Assembly (NCBI GenBank): GCA_034530875.2
Contig: JAVRCJ020000007.1
Location: 64,001 to 128,000, forward strand
Reading direction: 5' to 3'
DNA: 64,000 bases
DNA from: Nostoc sp. DedSLP01
GTDB taxonomy: Bacteria > Cyanobacteriota > Cyanobacteriia > Cyanobacteriales > Nostocaceae
Shown here: in pieces, positions 55,236-64,000 of the stretch
Numbering within the stretch: the first letter of the stretch is position 1
Layout of the letters: the number at the start of each line of letters is the position of its first letter
Program-made: the position numbers and the translations under genes
The notes under the pieces: generated by a model
The model's input: only the letters and a program-made list of their open reading frames with translations
What the model was told of the DNA's origin: nothing
The model's database searches: none

Positions 55236-55291
55236 CAGAATTCAGAATTCAGAATGGGCTACGCCCCGCTACGCTAACAGAATTCAGAATT
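55236..55291. repeat. CAGAATT heptamer array interrupted by a small element
   Basis: GGGCTACGCCCCGCTACGCTAA inserted at 55256-55277. Confidence 0.75.
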
Positions 55292-55510
55292 AAAGAGTAA
55301 AACAAGCTTTATGGTTGGCTTTGAAACTGGGGTTGCGTACACCATAAAGTTGAAATCTGTTGTTAGCGAACAGTTATCAGTAGAAAGTTGATTTATTCGT
55401 AACTGAATGACTGTTCGCTAACATGATTACAAAAACTGGAAAATCATATAAGTACTTGATAGCACCTGATAAGCTATTCTATAAATTAAAAATTAACAGG
55501 ATTTGGGGCG

Positions 55511-55690
55511 ATGACAACTCATTTTATTACCGCAGAAATCGACCTGCAAGAGACTCCCGCAGAATTACTCAAAACAATTGAAACAGAGTTAAAGAAACAA
55601 GGCGAACCCCTGCGTTGGGCTGTTACTTCTGTAGATGTTGCCCAGCAAAAGGCTAAAGTTGAAGCCGTTGTGACGACAGTTGAGAGTTAG
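55511..55690 (+). CDS. Small hypothetical protein (59 aa)
   Basis: MTTHFITAEIDLQETPAELLKTIETELKKQGEPLRWAVTSVD...VEAVVTTVES*; missed by the ORF track. Confidence 0.8.
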   Translation: MTTHFITAEIDLQETPAELLKTIETELKKQGEPLRWAVTSVDVAQQKAKVEAVVTTVES

Positions 55691-55816
55691 GAGTAGCGAG
55701 ATGGGGAGATGGGGAGATGGGGAGATGGGGAGACAAGAGAAACAAGGGAAAGAATTTTTCACTTTTACTTATTGCCTTCTAACTCCTAACTCCTAACTCC
55801 TAACTCACCACTCAAT

Positions 55817-56884
55817 ATGCATCCATACACTGCGATTTTAATAGTACCAACCGGCGTTGGGGCTGCCATTGGCGGTTACGCTGGTGATGCTTTGCCTGTT
55901 GCCAAACTTATAGCACAGGTTTGCGATCGCCTCATTACTCACCCCAATGTCCTCAATGGCGCAAGTTTGTACTGGAATCTCCCCAATGCTTTCTACGTTG
56001 AAGGTTTTGGGCTTGACAAATTCGCGGCTGGATGCTGGGGTTTGCGTCCAGTACGCAACAACAAAATAGGTTTGCTTTTAGACCGAGGCATTGAGCCGGA
56101 GTTGCGGCTCAGACATTTGCAAGCAGCCGACGCAGCTAGAGCTACCTTAGGATTGACTTTAACAGATTACGTTATTACTGATGCACCTTTAAATGTAGAA
56201 TTACGGACTACCGCATCAGGTGCGAGTTGGGGGACAATTGGTAACCCCGATAGCTTGTTGAGGGCAGCAGAAATACTGATTAAAAAAGCTGGAGCAGAAG
56301 CGATCGCAGTTGTAGCCCGTTTCCCGGATGATATGGATGAGGAAGCACTACAGAAATATCGACAAGGTGAAGGAGTTGATTCCATAGCAGGTGCAGAAGC
56401 CGTAATTAGCCACTTGCTAGTGCGAACCTTTCAAATTCCTTGCGCCCATTCACCTGCCCTTGCCAGTACTCCTCCAGAACCAGACTTATCACCCCGTTCC
56501 GCAGCAGAGGAATTGGGTTACACATTTTTACCATGCGTTCTTGTTGGTTTGAGTCGTGCCCCACAATTTATAGTCGAGAGAAAAGCGATACCATTAGAAC
56601 AAGAAGATATTTGGGCTGATGAAGTGGATGCTCTTGTCGTACCTGCAAACGCTTGTGGTAGTAGCGCCTTACTGAGTTTAAGCCAAACACGATGCCAAAT
56701 TATTACAGTAGAAGAAAATAAAACTGTAATAAAAGTTCCTCCCCAACCGTTGGGGATCGAGTCGATACAGGTAAACTCATATTTAGAGGCAGTTGGCGTT
56801 TTAGTAGCCCATAAAGCAGGCATCGATCCCTATATTCTCCGTCCCAAACTCTCATCTTTACAACCAGTAATTACTAGTCATTAG
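55817..56884 (+). CDS. DUF3326-family protein
   Basis: PTGVGAAIGGYAGDA, THPNVLNGA, GAEAVISH, AAEELGYTFL. Confidence 0.85.
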   Translation: MHPYTAILIVPTGVGAAIGGYAGDALPVAKLIAQVCDRLITHPNVLNGASLYWNLPNAFYVEGFGLDKFAAGCWGLRPVRNNKIGLLLDRGIEPELRLRHLQAADAARATLGLTLTDYVITDAPLNVELRTTASGASWGTIGNPDSLLRAAEILIKKAGAEAIAVVARFPDDMDEEALQKYRQGEGVDSIAGAEAVISHLLVRTFQIPCAHSPALASTPPEPDLSPRSAAEELGYTFLPCVLVGLSRAPQFIVERKAIPLEQEDIWADEVDALVVPANACGSSALLSLSQTRCQIITVEENKTVIKVPPQPLGIESIQVNSYLEAVGVLVAHKAGIDPYILRPKLSSLQPVITSH

Positions 56885-56944
56885 TCATTAGTCATTTGTA
56901 AATAACCAATACCCAATGCCCAATGCCCCATTTTCTAAAAACCC

Positions 56945-57541
56945 GTGATTGAACAACAAAAACAAGAACCAGAAATCCCATATCTGACGCGCATCCAAGT
57001 ACTTGGGGCGATGGGAGCAACTGCAATCCTTTTGCTGATAGTCGCTAAACTGTCGTTGTACTTTGGCAACTTCTCCCTATTTTCTTGGAAGTTGAGCCAA
57101 AGAGATTTACTGTTGGGTGTAGGGTTGGGATTTGTCATCACTTTATTAAGTGGTTTAGCTTATCGCCTTTGGACTCCCTACCGTAAAAGTGCAGATTTTT
57201 ATCTAGAAATAATCTTGAAGCCTTTAACCTTACCAGATTTAATTTGGTTAGGTTTGCTACCAGGTTTGAGCGAAGAATTATTATTTCGGGGCGTGATGCT
57301 GCCAGCTTTAGGTTTAGATCATCTGGCTGTCATTGTATCTAGTCTTTGCTTTGGCGTTTTGCACCTAAGTGGTTCTCAACAATGGCCTTATGTAGTTTGG
57401 GCAACAATTGTCGGGATGATATTAGGATATAGCGCCTTATTTAGCGGCAACTTATTAGTGCCTATAGTTGCTCATATTGTGACGAATTTGATTTCTAGTT
57501 ATATGTGGAAAATCTGGCAATTATCGAGAAGCAAAAAATAA
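56945..57541 (+). CDS. CPBP/Abi intramembrane protease
   Basis: EELLFRG, FGVLH, PIVAHIVTN. Confidence 0.9.
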   Translation: MIEQQKQEPEIPYLTRIQVLGAMGATAILLLIVAKLSLYFGNFSLFSWKLSQRDLLLGVGLGFVITLLSGLAYRLWTPYRKSADFYLEIILKPLTLPDLIWLGLLPGLSEELLFRGVMLPALGLDHLAVIVSSLCFGVLHLSGSQQWPYVVWATIVGMILGYSALFSGNLLVPIVAHIVTNLISSYMWKIWQLSRSKK

Positions 57542-57588
57542 TTCCTCTCCCAGAAGATCCAGCTTCAACCATGAATATGGAATTATTG

Positions 57589-59166
57589 CTAACTTTTAGA
57601 AAAACCGCCAATCTCAATTTTTTCTTGGCTAAAAGTCTCTTTCAGTATTTTGCGGAGAACGCGCTGAATGCGAAGGTGTTGTCCAGGCTTGACTTTTGTT
57701 AGTGTTAACAGCAATAAATGATTCTCCCCAAAATGTTCTATTCCAGCTACTCGTGTAGGTTCTAAAACATCTTGTTCATCTATTTTTAACTGCTCTCCTA
57801 TTCTCTCCACTACTCTATATACACGATCTAAATTTGAGTCATAAGGAATATTAACTTCAACTCTAGCATATATATACTGCTTGGAAAAGTTAATAATTGA
57901 ACCAATATCACCATTACGAATAATCTGCAATTGCCCATCAGGATGGCGGACGTGAGTAGTTCGTAATTCAATCGCTTCTACAGTTCCCTCAACAGTTCTT
58001 TCTTCTAATTTTCCAACATCAATATAATCGCCCACTAAGTAATAGTTTTCAAACAAAATTAAGAATCCACAAACAATATCATTAATTATATTTTGCGCCC
58101 CAAGACCAACAGCTATACCAATAATTCCCGCACCTGCTAAGATAGGCGCAGGATCGATACCAATCAGCTTGAGTATAGTCACCCCGCCAGTAAAGTAAAC
58201 AAAATATTTAGCAAAACTCCGCATTAAAGGAATCAGTGTCAGCCGTTTTTGTCGCTGTACGTCATTGACATCTGTAGTCCTTAAGTAGAACTCATCTAGA
58301 ATAAAGTAAGCAATTTCAACCAAAACATTACTAATAAAGAAAACCCCAATAATCTGCACAATTCTAGGAGTATAAGAACCGATCCAAGCAATAGGTTCTA
58401 TTTCTGGAACAACAAGATTGACTATACCTACATAAAGGATATACTCTAAACATTTCTTGAAGAGTGGAATTAAGTGACGTAAATGCTCGTATAATCTTAA
58501 AAGATTACTATAGTTAGAGTATTTAATACTTAAAGCATCGAGTGTGTCTACGATAGTAGCAACAGCTTTGACAATGAGTAAGCCAACTGAGATAATAATG
58601 TATATTTTTAAAGCAATGAAAAGATATTTAGGAAAAATTTCTGGAAGGTAAAGAAATTTAGCACATAAAATAGCAGATGATATCCAGATAGTATGAATAA
58701 TTATTCTTTTTAAGGTATTAAAAAAAGCTTCAACGCTCTCATCATTAGATTTAATACTATCGGCTTTTTTAGCATAATTGCAAACCCAGTCTATACCTCG
58801 ACTTAAAGGTAATATGCTAAATTTAACTAAGATTAGCAAACTAACTGTTTTGAAACTTGCAATACAGAGATTAATCCAAAATTGAGTAGGAAGAGTGCGA
58901 ATAAGATTAATTTGAAATTGCTGAATGTTTCCTCCTTGATAAATTACTATTCCATTTACACCAACCAGTGCTAGACATAGAAGCACACAAGTTAAAATTA
59001 GAATTCTACTGATACTCTGCCGCAAGAAGGTTATATTTGCAATTCTTCTTTGCAGCCACGAAGCTTTAGCAATTTTTTTGAGGATGAAGTTAATCAACCA
59101 GTTTAATAACCAGAAAATGGTTATTAAAAATATAACTTCACCCAGAATAATTACTATATTAATCAT
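57589..59166 (-). CDS. MscS-family mechanosensitive channel
   Basis: Multiple TMs, AGIIGIAVGLGAQ, VGDYI, GTVEAIELRTT. Confidence 0.9.
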   Translation of the reverse strand: MINIVIILGEVIFLITIFWLLNWLINFILKKIAKASWLQRRIANITFLRQSISRILILTCVLLCLALVGVNGIVIYQGGNIQQFQINLIRTLPTQFWINLCIASFKTVSLLILVKFSILPLSRGIDWVCNYAKKADSIKSNDESVEAFFNTLKRIIIHTIWISSAILCAKFLYLPEIFPKYLFIALKIYIIISVGLLIVKAVATIVDTLDALSIKYSNYSNLLRLYEHLRHLIPLFKKCLEYILYVGIVNLVVPEIEPIAWIGSYTPRIVQIIGVFFISNVLVEIAYFILDEFYLRTTDVNDVQRQKRLTLIPLMRSFAKYFVYFTGGVTILKLIGIDPAPILAGAGIIGIAVGLGAQNIINDIVCGFLILFENYYLVGDYIDVGKLEERTVEGTVEAIELRTTHVRHPDGQLQIIRNGDIGSIINFSKQYIYARVEVNIPYDSNLDRVYRVVERIGEQLKIDEQDVLEPTRVAGIEHFGENHLLLLTLTKVKPGQHLRIQRVLRKILKETFSQEKIEIGGFSKS

Positions 59167-59293
59167 TTATAAGCGTGAATTCCAAAAAAATATAGTGCTA
59201 GAAATTGTTGTTATTATACCAATTCTCCACAATCAAGCAATTTGCGATCGCTCCAGCCCTGACTTCTCTCAACAAAGCCAACCACAGTAGTAT

Positions 59294-59947
59294 TTACTGT
59301 GAGTAAGAATTAGTATAAGCTGCCAAAGCGATCGCTCTTGGTAAAATCCGATGTTCTTGAATTTGAATTCTAGCGTGCAGCGTTTCTGGTGTATCATCAG
59401 GTAGCACTGGTACTGCCGCTTGCATCAATATGGGGCCGCTGTCCATTTCCAAACAAGCAATATGCACGGTACAACCAGTAATTTTTACCCCAGATGCCAA
59501 AGCTTGTTCGACAGCATTAATTCCCTTAAAACTAGGTAACAAACTCGGATGTATATTAATAATTTTGTTAGGGAAAGCATCAATAAATACTGATGTTAAA
59601 AGTCGCATCCATCCCGCCAGAATCACCCATTCGACATCATACTGGCGTAATGTCTGCACAATTTTTTCATCGAACTTTTGCCGGTTTTTGTAGTTGCGGT
59701 GGTTCAACAACACAGCTTCTACTCCTCGATTGGCGGCTCTTACGGCTGCTTTAGCAGTTGGGTTATTATAAATCAAAACTTGAATTTTGGCGTTTAGCTC
59801 TCCATCTTCAATAGCTTGGGCAACTACATCAAAATTACTGCCATTTCCAGAAGCCATAACTCCGAGTTTTAAAGGAGTATCTTGTCGGTAAACATCGTTA
59901 ATACTGGGAGAAACCAAGCTAGGGGTACAATCAGGACTGATAATCAT
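59294..59947 (-). CDS. purN: Phosphoribosylglycinamide formyltransferase
   Basis: SGNGSNF, LAGWMR, NIHPSLLP, GCTVH, DSGPI, QEH. Confidence 0.96.
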   Translation of the reverse strand: MIISPDCTPSLVSPSINDVYRQDTPLKLGVMASGNGSNFDVVAQAIEDGELNAKIQVLIYNNPTAKAAVRAANRGVEAVLLNHRNYKNRQKFDEKIVQTLRQYDVEWVILAGWMRLLTSVFIDAFPNKIINIHPSLLPSFKGINAVEQALASGVKITGCTVHIACLEMDSGPILMQAAVPVLPDDTPETLHARIQIQEHRILPRAIALAAYTNSYSQ

Positions 59948-59971
59948 AGCAGCAAAAAGGGAAAATTATAA

Positions 59972-60853
59972 ATGCGAAAAATATATAATAAGTCGTGGTT
60001 GGATAATGATACAGCAGCCGCTTGGATTTTTCTCACACCAGCACTAATTTTATTAGGCGTTTTTATTATTTGGCCCATAGCCTATTTGTTTTACCTCAGC
60101 TTCACTGCCGGCAGTTTCACTTCCAAAGGTATTTATTGGATAGGGTTAAAAAACTATTGGCGCTTGTTATTGAATTCTGACTTCTGGCAAGTTATTGGTA
60201 ACACCATTTATTTTACCGTTGCCACCATCATCCCCAGTTTAATTATTCCCTTGGGATTAGCAGTCTTATTAAACCGTTCCTTGGCTTTGCGCTCAATCTT
60301 GCGCAGTGCCTATTTTTTACCTTCAATTATCTCTCTTGTCGCCGCTGGCTTGGGATTTCGCTGGCTGTTTCAAACATCGGGGCCGGTTAACGGATTTTTA
60401 AATTTTTTTGGTATTCCGTCCATATCTTGGTTAGGAGATACATTTTGGGCAATGCCAGTACTGATTTTAATGAGTATTTGGAAACAACTCGGTTTCAATA
60501 TGGTGGTATTTTTAGCCGGGTTGCAAACAATTCCTCCCAGTCGTTATGAAGCGGCAGATTTAGATGGTGCAAACGCTTGGCAACAATTTTGGCATATTAC
60601 GCTGCCCGGATTACGCCCTACCCTGATATTTGTCACAATCACTACCGCGATTTTTACATTGCGGAGTTTTGAACAAGTTTATGTAATTACCGGCGGCGGG
60701 CCATTGAATTCGACTAATTTGTTGGTTTACTACATTTACCAAGAAGCCTTTGCTCAATTTGATTTTGGTTATGCAGCTGCCGCGGCAACGGTGTTGTTAG
60801 CAGTGACTTTGGTACTAGTGTATTTGCAGTTGCGAACTTGGGGAGAGGAATAA
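59972..60853 (+). CDS. Carbohydrate ABC transporter permease
   Basis: YEAADLDGA EAA loop, TGGGP, multiple TMs. Confidence 0.92.
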   Translation: MRKIYNKSWLDNDTAAAWIFLTPALILLGVFIIWPIAYLFYLSFTAGSFTSKGIYWIGLKNYWRLLLNSDFWQVIGNTIYFTVATIIPSLIIPLGLAVLLNRSLALRSILRSAYFLPSIISLVAAGLGFRWLFQTSGPVNGFLNFFGIPSISWLGDTFWAMPVLILMSIWKQLGFNMVVFLAGLQTIPPSRYEAADLDGANAWQQFWHITLPGLRPTLIFVTITTAIFTLRSFEQVYVITGGGPLNSTNLLVYYIYQEAFAQFDFGYAAAAATVLLAVTLVLVYLQLRTWGEE

Positions 60854-60907
60854 TAGCAATTAAAAATTCAAAATTAAAAATTAAAAAATTGAAAATTCAC
60901 GTATGAA

Positions 60908-60995
60908 GTTCTCTACCGAGATGCTACGCGAACGTAGACTCGCTCTAAGCGTACCCCTACGGGTAAGCAAGCTACGCGCAGCGTCTCGTAGAGAA
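60908..60995. repeat. Nested small dispersed repeats
   Basis: TTCTCTACCGAGATGCTACGCG ... CGCGCAGCGTCTCGTAGAGAA arms; shares sequence with 9784-9826. Confidence 0.7.
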
Positions 60996-61353
60996 GCTAT
61001 GCTGTTGGTGATGAAAATAAAATTTTCTTATAGCAATTTGCAAAGAGAATGGGGTAGAGACATAAGCTCAAACCCTTGTGCTATGTAGTTTTATTAATTT
61101 TTAATTTTGAATTGGTATTATATTTCTGAATTTTAACTCTGACTACTAAATTTTACGTATCAATATTTCCTGACCTATGTCAGCATTTTTTGTTGTAAAA
61201 AACACTCAAATAGCCTATTTTCAGGTGATTGATGATTTTTTGAGAATTTATTCTTGAATATAGATAGTTTTTCTTTCCATTTGAGGTGTAATCTCAATAT
61301 ACGGTAACTACCGCGATCGGCCTTTGAGAGAAAAGACACCAGAGGTGAATACC

Positions 61354-62013
61354 ATGAAAAATTATGCCGACAAGCAGGAATTGATCTTAGATCGGATCGC
61401 AAATAAAAATTTTCAGCCTCATAATTTCAGTGGATATGACTTAAGTGGAATTGACCTGAAAGGACTTGATTTAAGTGGAATTAACTTTATAGGAGCAGAT
61501 TTGCGTGGTACGAATCTATCTGGCTCTGTTCTGACTCGTGCTAATTTGAGTGGCGCAAGTTTAATGGACGCATGTTTATGCGAAGCTAATTTGCATGAAG
61601 CCTCTTTATGTGAAGCTAATTTAACTAATGCCGATTTAAAGCAAGCAAATTTGTGTGCAAGTTTTTTATGGCGGGTGAAATTAATAGGTAGTAACCTTTG
61701 GGGTACTTCCTTATGTGCTGCGGATTTGAGTGAAGCAGACCTAACTGAAGCTAAATTAATTGAAGCATCCCTGATTGAAGCAAATTTAGTTAGAGCAAAT
61801 TTGACAAAAGCAAAGCTATGTGGATCGTTATTGCTAGAAGCTAATTTAACCGAAGCTAATTTAACTAGTGCAGACTTGACATGGGCAAACTTAACTAAGA
61901 CCAACTTGAGTAAAGCAAATCTTTGGAAAACCAATCTGATTTACGCTAAATTACGAGATACTATTATGCCTGATGGTACTCTTAAAGAGCCTCAAATAAT
62001 TATTAGTTATTAG
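61354..62013 (+). CDS. Pentapeptide-repeat protein
   Basis: A(N/D)LxxA repeats, MPDG end; GAGG RBS before ATG 61354. Confidence 0.93.
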   Translation: MKNYADKQELILDRIANKNFQPHNFSGYDLSGIDLKGLDLSGINFIGADLRGTNLSGSVLTRANLSGASLMDACLCEANLHEASLCEANLTNADLKQANLCASFLWRVKLIGSNLWGTSLCAADLSEADLTEAKLIEASLIEANLVRANLTKAKLCGSLLLEANLTEANLTSADLTWANLTKTNLSKANLWKTNLIYAKLRDTIMPDGTLKEPQIIISY

Positions 62014-62079
62014 TCATTAGTTATTGGTCATTAGTCATTAGTTATTGGTTATTCTCCATGAATGGCCAATGACTAATGA

Positions 62080-63186
62080 CTATAAATCTGTAACTAGGCT
62101 AGTGCTAATGCGATCGCGCCCTTCGTGTTTAGCTGTATAAAGTGCTTTGTCAGCTGCTTCAATTAGGTGTTGTGGTGAGAATTGGGGATTTGGCACAACA
62201 CTGGCAAGACCTATACTGACAGTGACATAACTAGATATACTAGATTGAGCGTGAAGAATTTCCAAGTTGCGTACTGCTTGGAGAATTTTTTCAGCCACAG
62301 ACATGGCTCCTTTACCTTGCGTATTCGGAAGAATTACAATAAATTCTTCTCCACCGTAACGAGCAACTAAATCAGCTGGACGTTGAACAACACCTTCTAT
62401 AGCACTTGCAATTTGTCGCAAACAATCATCACCCATTAAATGACCGTAAGTGTCGTTATAGAGCTTAAAAAAATCAATATCTAACAATATTAAAGATAAA
62501 GGTAAGCGTTCGCGTTTTAGACGATGCCATTCAATATAGAAACACTCATCAAATCGGCGACGATTAGCTATTTGAGTTAAAGGATCTAAATTAACCAGTC
62601 TTTTTAGTTCCTCGTTAGTCGCTTGCATCTGCTGATATACTACTAATCGATTAGTAGGGTCTACATGAGTCGGGCACTTATTAGCACACAATTTAGGGTC
62701 TAGCGCAATGATTGCGTCCTTCATTTTCTGAAGCTCATTACTCAAAAATTGCTCGCGTTCATAGCGATTGATTGCTGTTTGAATCGCAACGTAAAGTTCT
62801 TGTTCTCTAACGGGTTTAACAATATAACCAAAAGGTAATGTCAGCGTTGCTCGGTCTACGGTACTCTTGTCAGAATGCCCAGTAACGTAAATAATAGGAA
62901 TTTGAAAGTACTTCCATATTTGTTCTGCTGCTTGAATACCATCCATTTCGCTTTGGAGACAAATATCCATCAAAACCAAGTTGGGACGTAGTTTGCTTGC
63001 CTTTTCAATTGCTGTTTCCGCAGAATCTGCAATATCGACTACTGTGTACCCATGCGATTCTAGGATTTCCTGCAAATTCATAGCAAGAATATACTCATCT
63101 TCAACAACCAGGATTCGCACTAACTTAGTTCTGTGTATTTGTGATGAGTTATTCATGGTGTTAATATCCTGCTTTGAATACTGCAA
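62080..63186 (-). CDS. Response regulator-diguanylate cyclase
   Basis: VVEDE, LMDI, KP receiver; DPLT, RPAD I-site, GGEEF; start could be 63156. Confidence 0.92.
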   Translation of the reverse strand: MQYSKQDINTMNNSSQIHRTKLVRILVVEDEYILAMNLQEILESHGYTVVDIADSAETAIEKASKLRPNLVLMDICLQSEMDGIQAAEQIWKYFQIPIIYVTGHSDKSTVDRATLTLPFGYIVKPVREQELYVAIQTAINRYEREQFLSNELQKMKDAIIALDPKLCANKCPTHVDPTNRLVVYQQMQATNEELKRLVNLDPLTQIANRRRFDECFYIEWHRLKRERLPLSLILLDIDFFKLYNDTYGHLMGDDCLRQIASAIEGVVQRPADLVARYGGEEFIVILPNTQGKGAMSVAEKILQAVRNLEILHAQSSISSYVTVSIGLASVVPNPQFSPQHLIEAADKALYTAKHEGRDRISTSLVTDL

Positions 63187-63244
63187 TAGCTTGCTATATC
63201 GGCTCTAGTTTTCTCCTTATTTGAATATAGTTTTAAAACACGCC

Positions 63245-64000
63245 TTAAAACTCGCGTTTTGAGAAAATAACAACAGCGATCGCTAACAAAAGAGCACTAT
63301 AGAGTAAGCCATAACCAGCATTGATAATCAGTGAAGTTGTATCCGGAAGTGCTTGTAAACCATAAACAGCATCATTTTTCAAATCTAATCGAGATAAATC
63401 TGGCAAAACGAGAAACAAACCTTGAGTTAGACGTTCCATCCCAGGGTTGCGACTGAGACGACCAAGTTGTACTAAATCTGGGGTAATATTCCCAATTAAA
63501 TATACTGCAAATGTTAAAACAGTTGCGAGTATTGAAGCAGTGAAAACGCCAAAGGTAATAGCCACAGCGGTAATTAAAGACAGCTGCAAAAATAAAAAAA
63601 TTGACGCGATTAGAATACTCGTCGTGGGATAAGAAACTTTACCAAATTGCAGAAATAATAGATAAATTACTGTCATCGCGGCCACAAGTACAGCCAGAAC
63701 TGCGGATAGACCCAAATATTTGCCAACAATAATTTCACTGCGGCTAACAGGTTTAGCAATTAATACTAAGACAGTGCGTTTCTCAATTTCTTTATTAACT
63801 AGTCCCGTGCCAACAAATATCGTTATAATTAACCCGATGGCATTCATCGCCGCTAAACCGAAATCTAAAAAGATTTTGTCTTCGTTAGCAGCTGCAAATT
63901 CAGGAAGGACACGAAACGCCGCACCGAGTATTAAGGCATAAAAACCAATAATATATAGGATGCGATCGCGTATCACTTCCTGAAACACATTCTTAGCAAG
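63245..64000 (-). CDS. ABC-2-type permease, start beyond window
   Basis: Frame open to the window edge (LAKNVFQEVIRDR); KEIEKRT, KPVSR..GKYLG. Confidence 0.85.
   Translation of the reverse strand, partial: LAKNVFQEVIRDRILYIIGFYALILGAAFRVLPEFAAANEDKIFLDFGLAAMNAIGLIITIFVGTGLVNKEIEKRTVLVLIAKPVSRSEIIVGKYLGLSAVLAVLVAAMTVIYLLFLQFGKVSYPTTSILIASIFLFLQLSLITAVAITFGVFTASILATVLTFAVYLIGNITPDLVQLGRLSRNPGMERLTQGLFLVLPDLSRLDLKNDAVYGLQALPDTTSLIINAGYGLLYSALLLAIAVVIFSKREF

Overview
Chromosomal window from a heterocyst-forming (Nostocales-type) cyanobacterium. This is inferred from dense HIP1 GCGATCGC sites, heptamer tandem repeats, small dispersed palindromes, a TftA-like gene and nif paralogues. It holds three giant Ser/Thr kinase-AAA ATPase genes (two complete to GAF-His kinase; one runs off the window), hspA, glgX, dnaG, acnB, purN, a ferredoxin and several membrane or signalling genes. 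Main points of interest: (1) a stand-alone nifH-nifE-nifN cluster with no nifDK, whose intact NifE keeps the [4Fe-4S] ligands but has lost the cofactor-pocket residues, preceded by a truncated VnfR-like HTH; (2) a divergent CHAT-CHASE2/DUF928 and sigma-like/DUF1822 module that looks like a protease-controlled sigma switch; (3) a ~150-nt rod-shaped candidate ncRNA at 9994-10145; (4) a deletion fusing the heads of divergent crp/fnr and hcp genes; (5) an AT-rich AAA-ATPase plus effector island whose effector has a nonsense codon, next to a hicBA with truncated hicA; (6) small ORFs missed by the ORF track; (7) in-frame repeat insertions in a kinase and in DnaG. No rRNA, tRNA or CRISPR array was seen. 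Family names come from motif recognition only; no database search was run.
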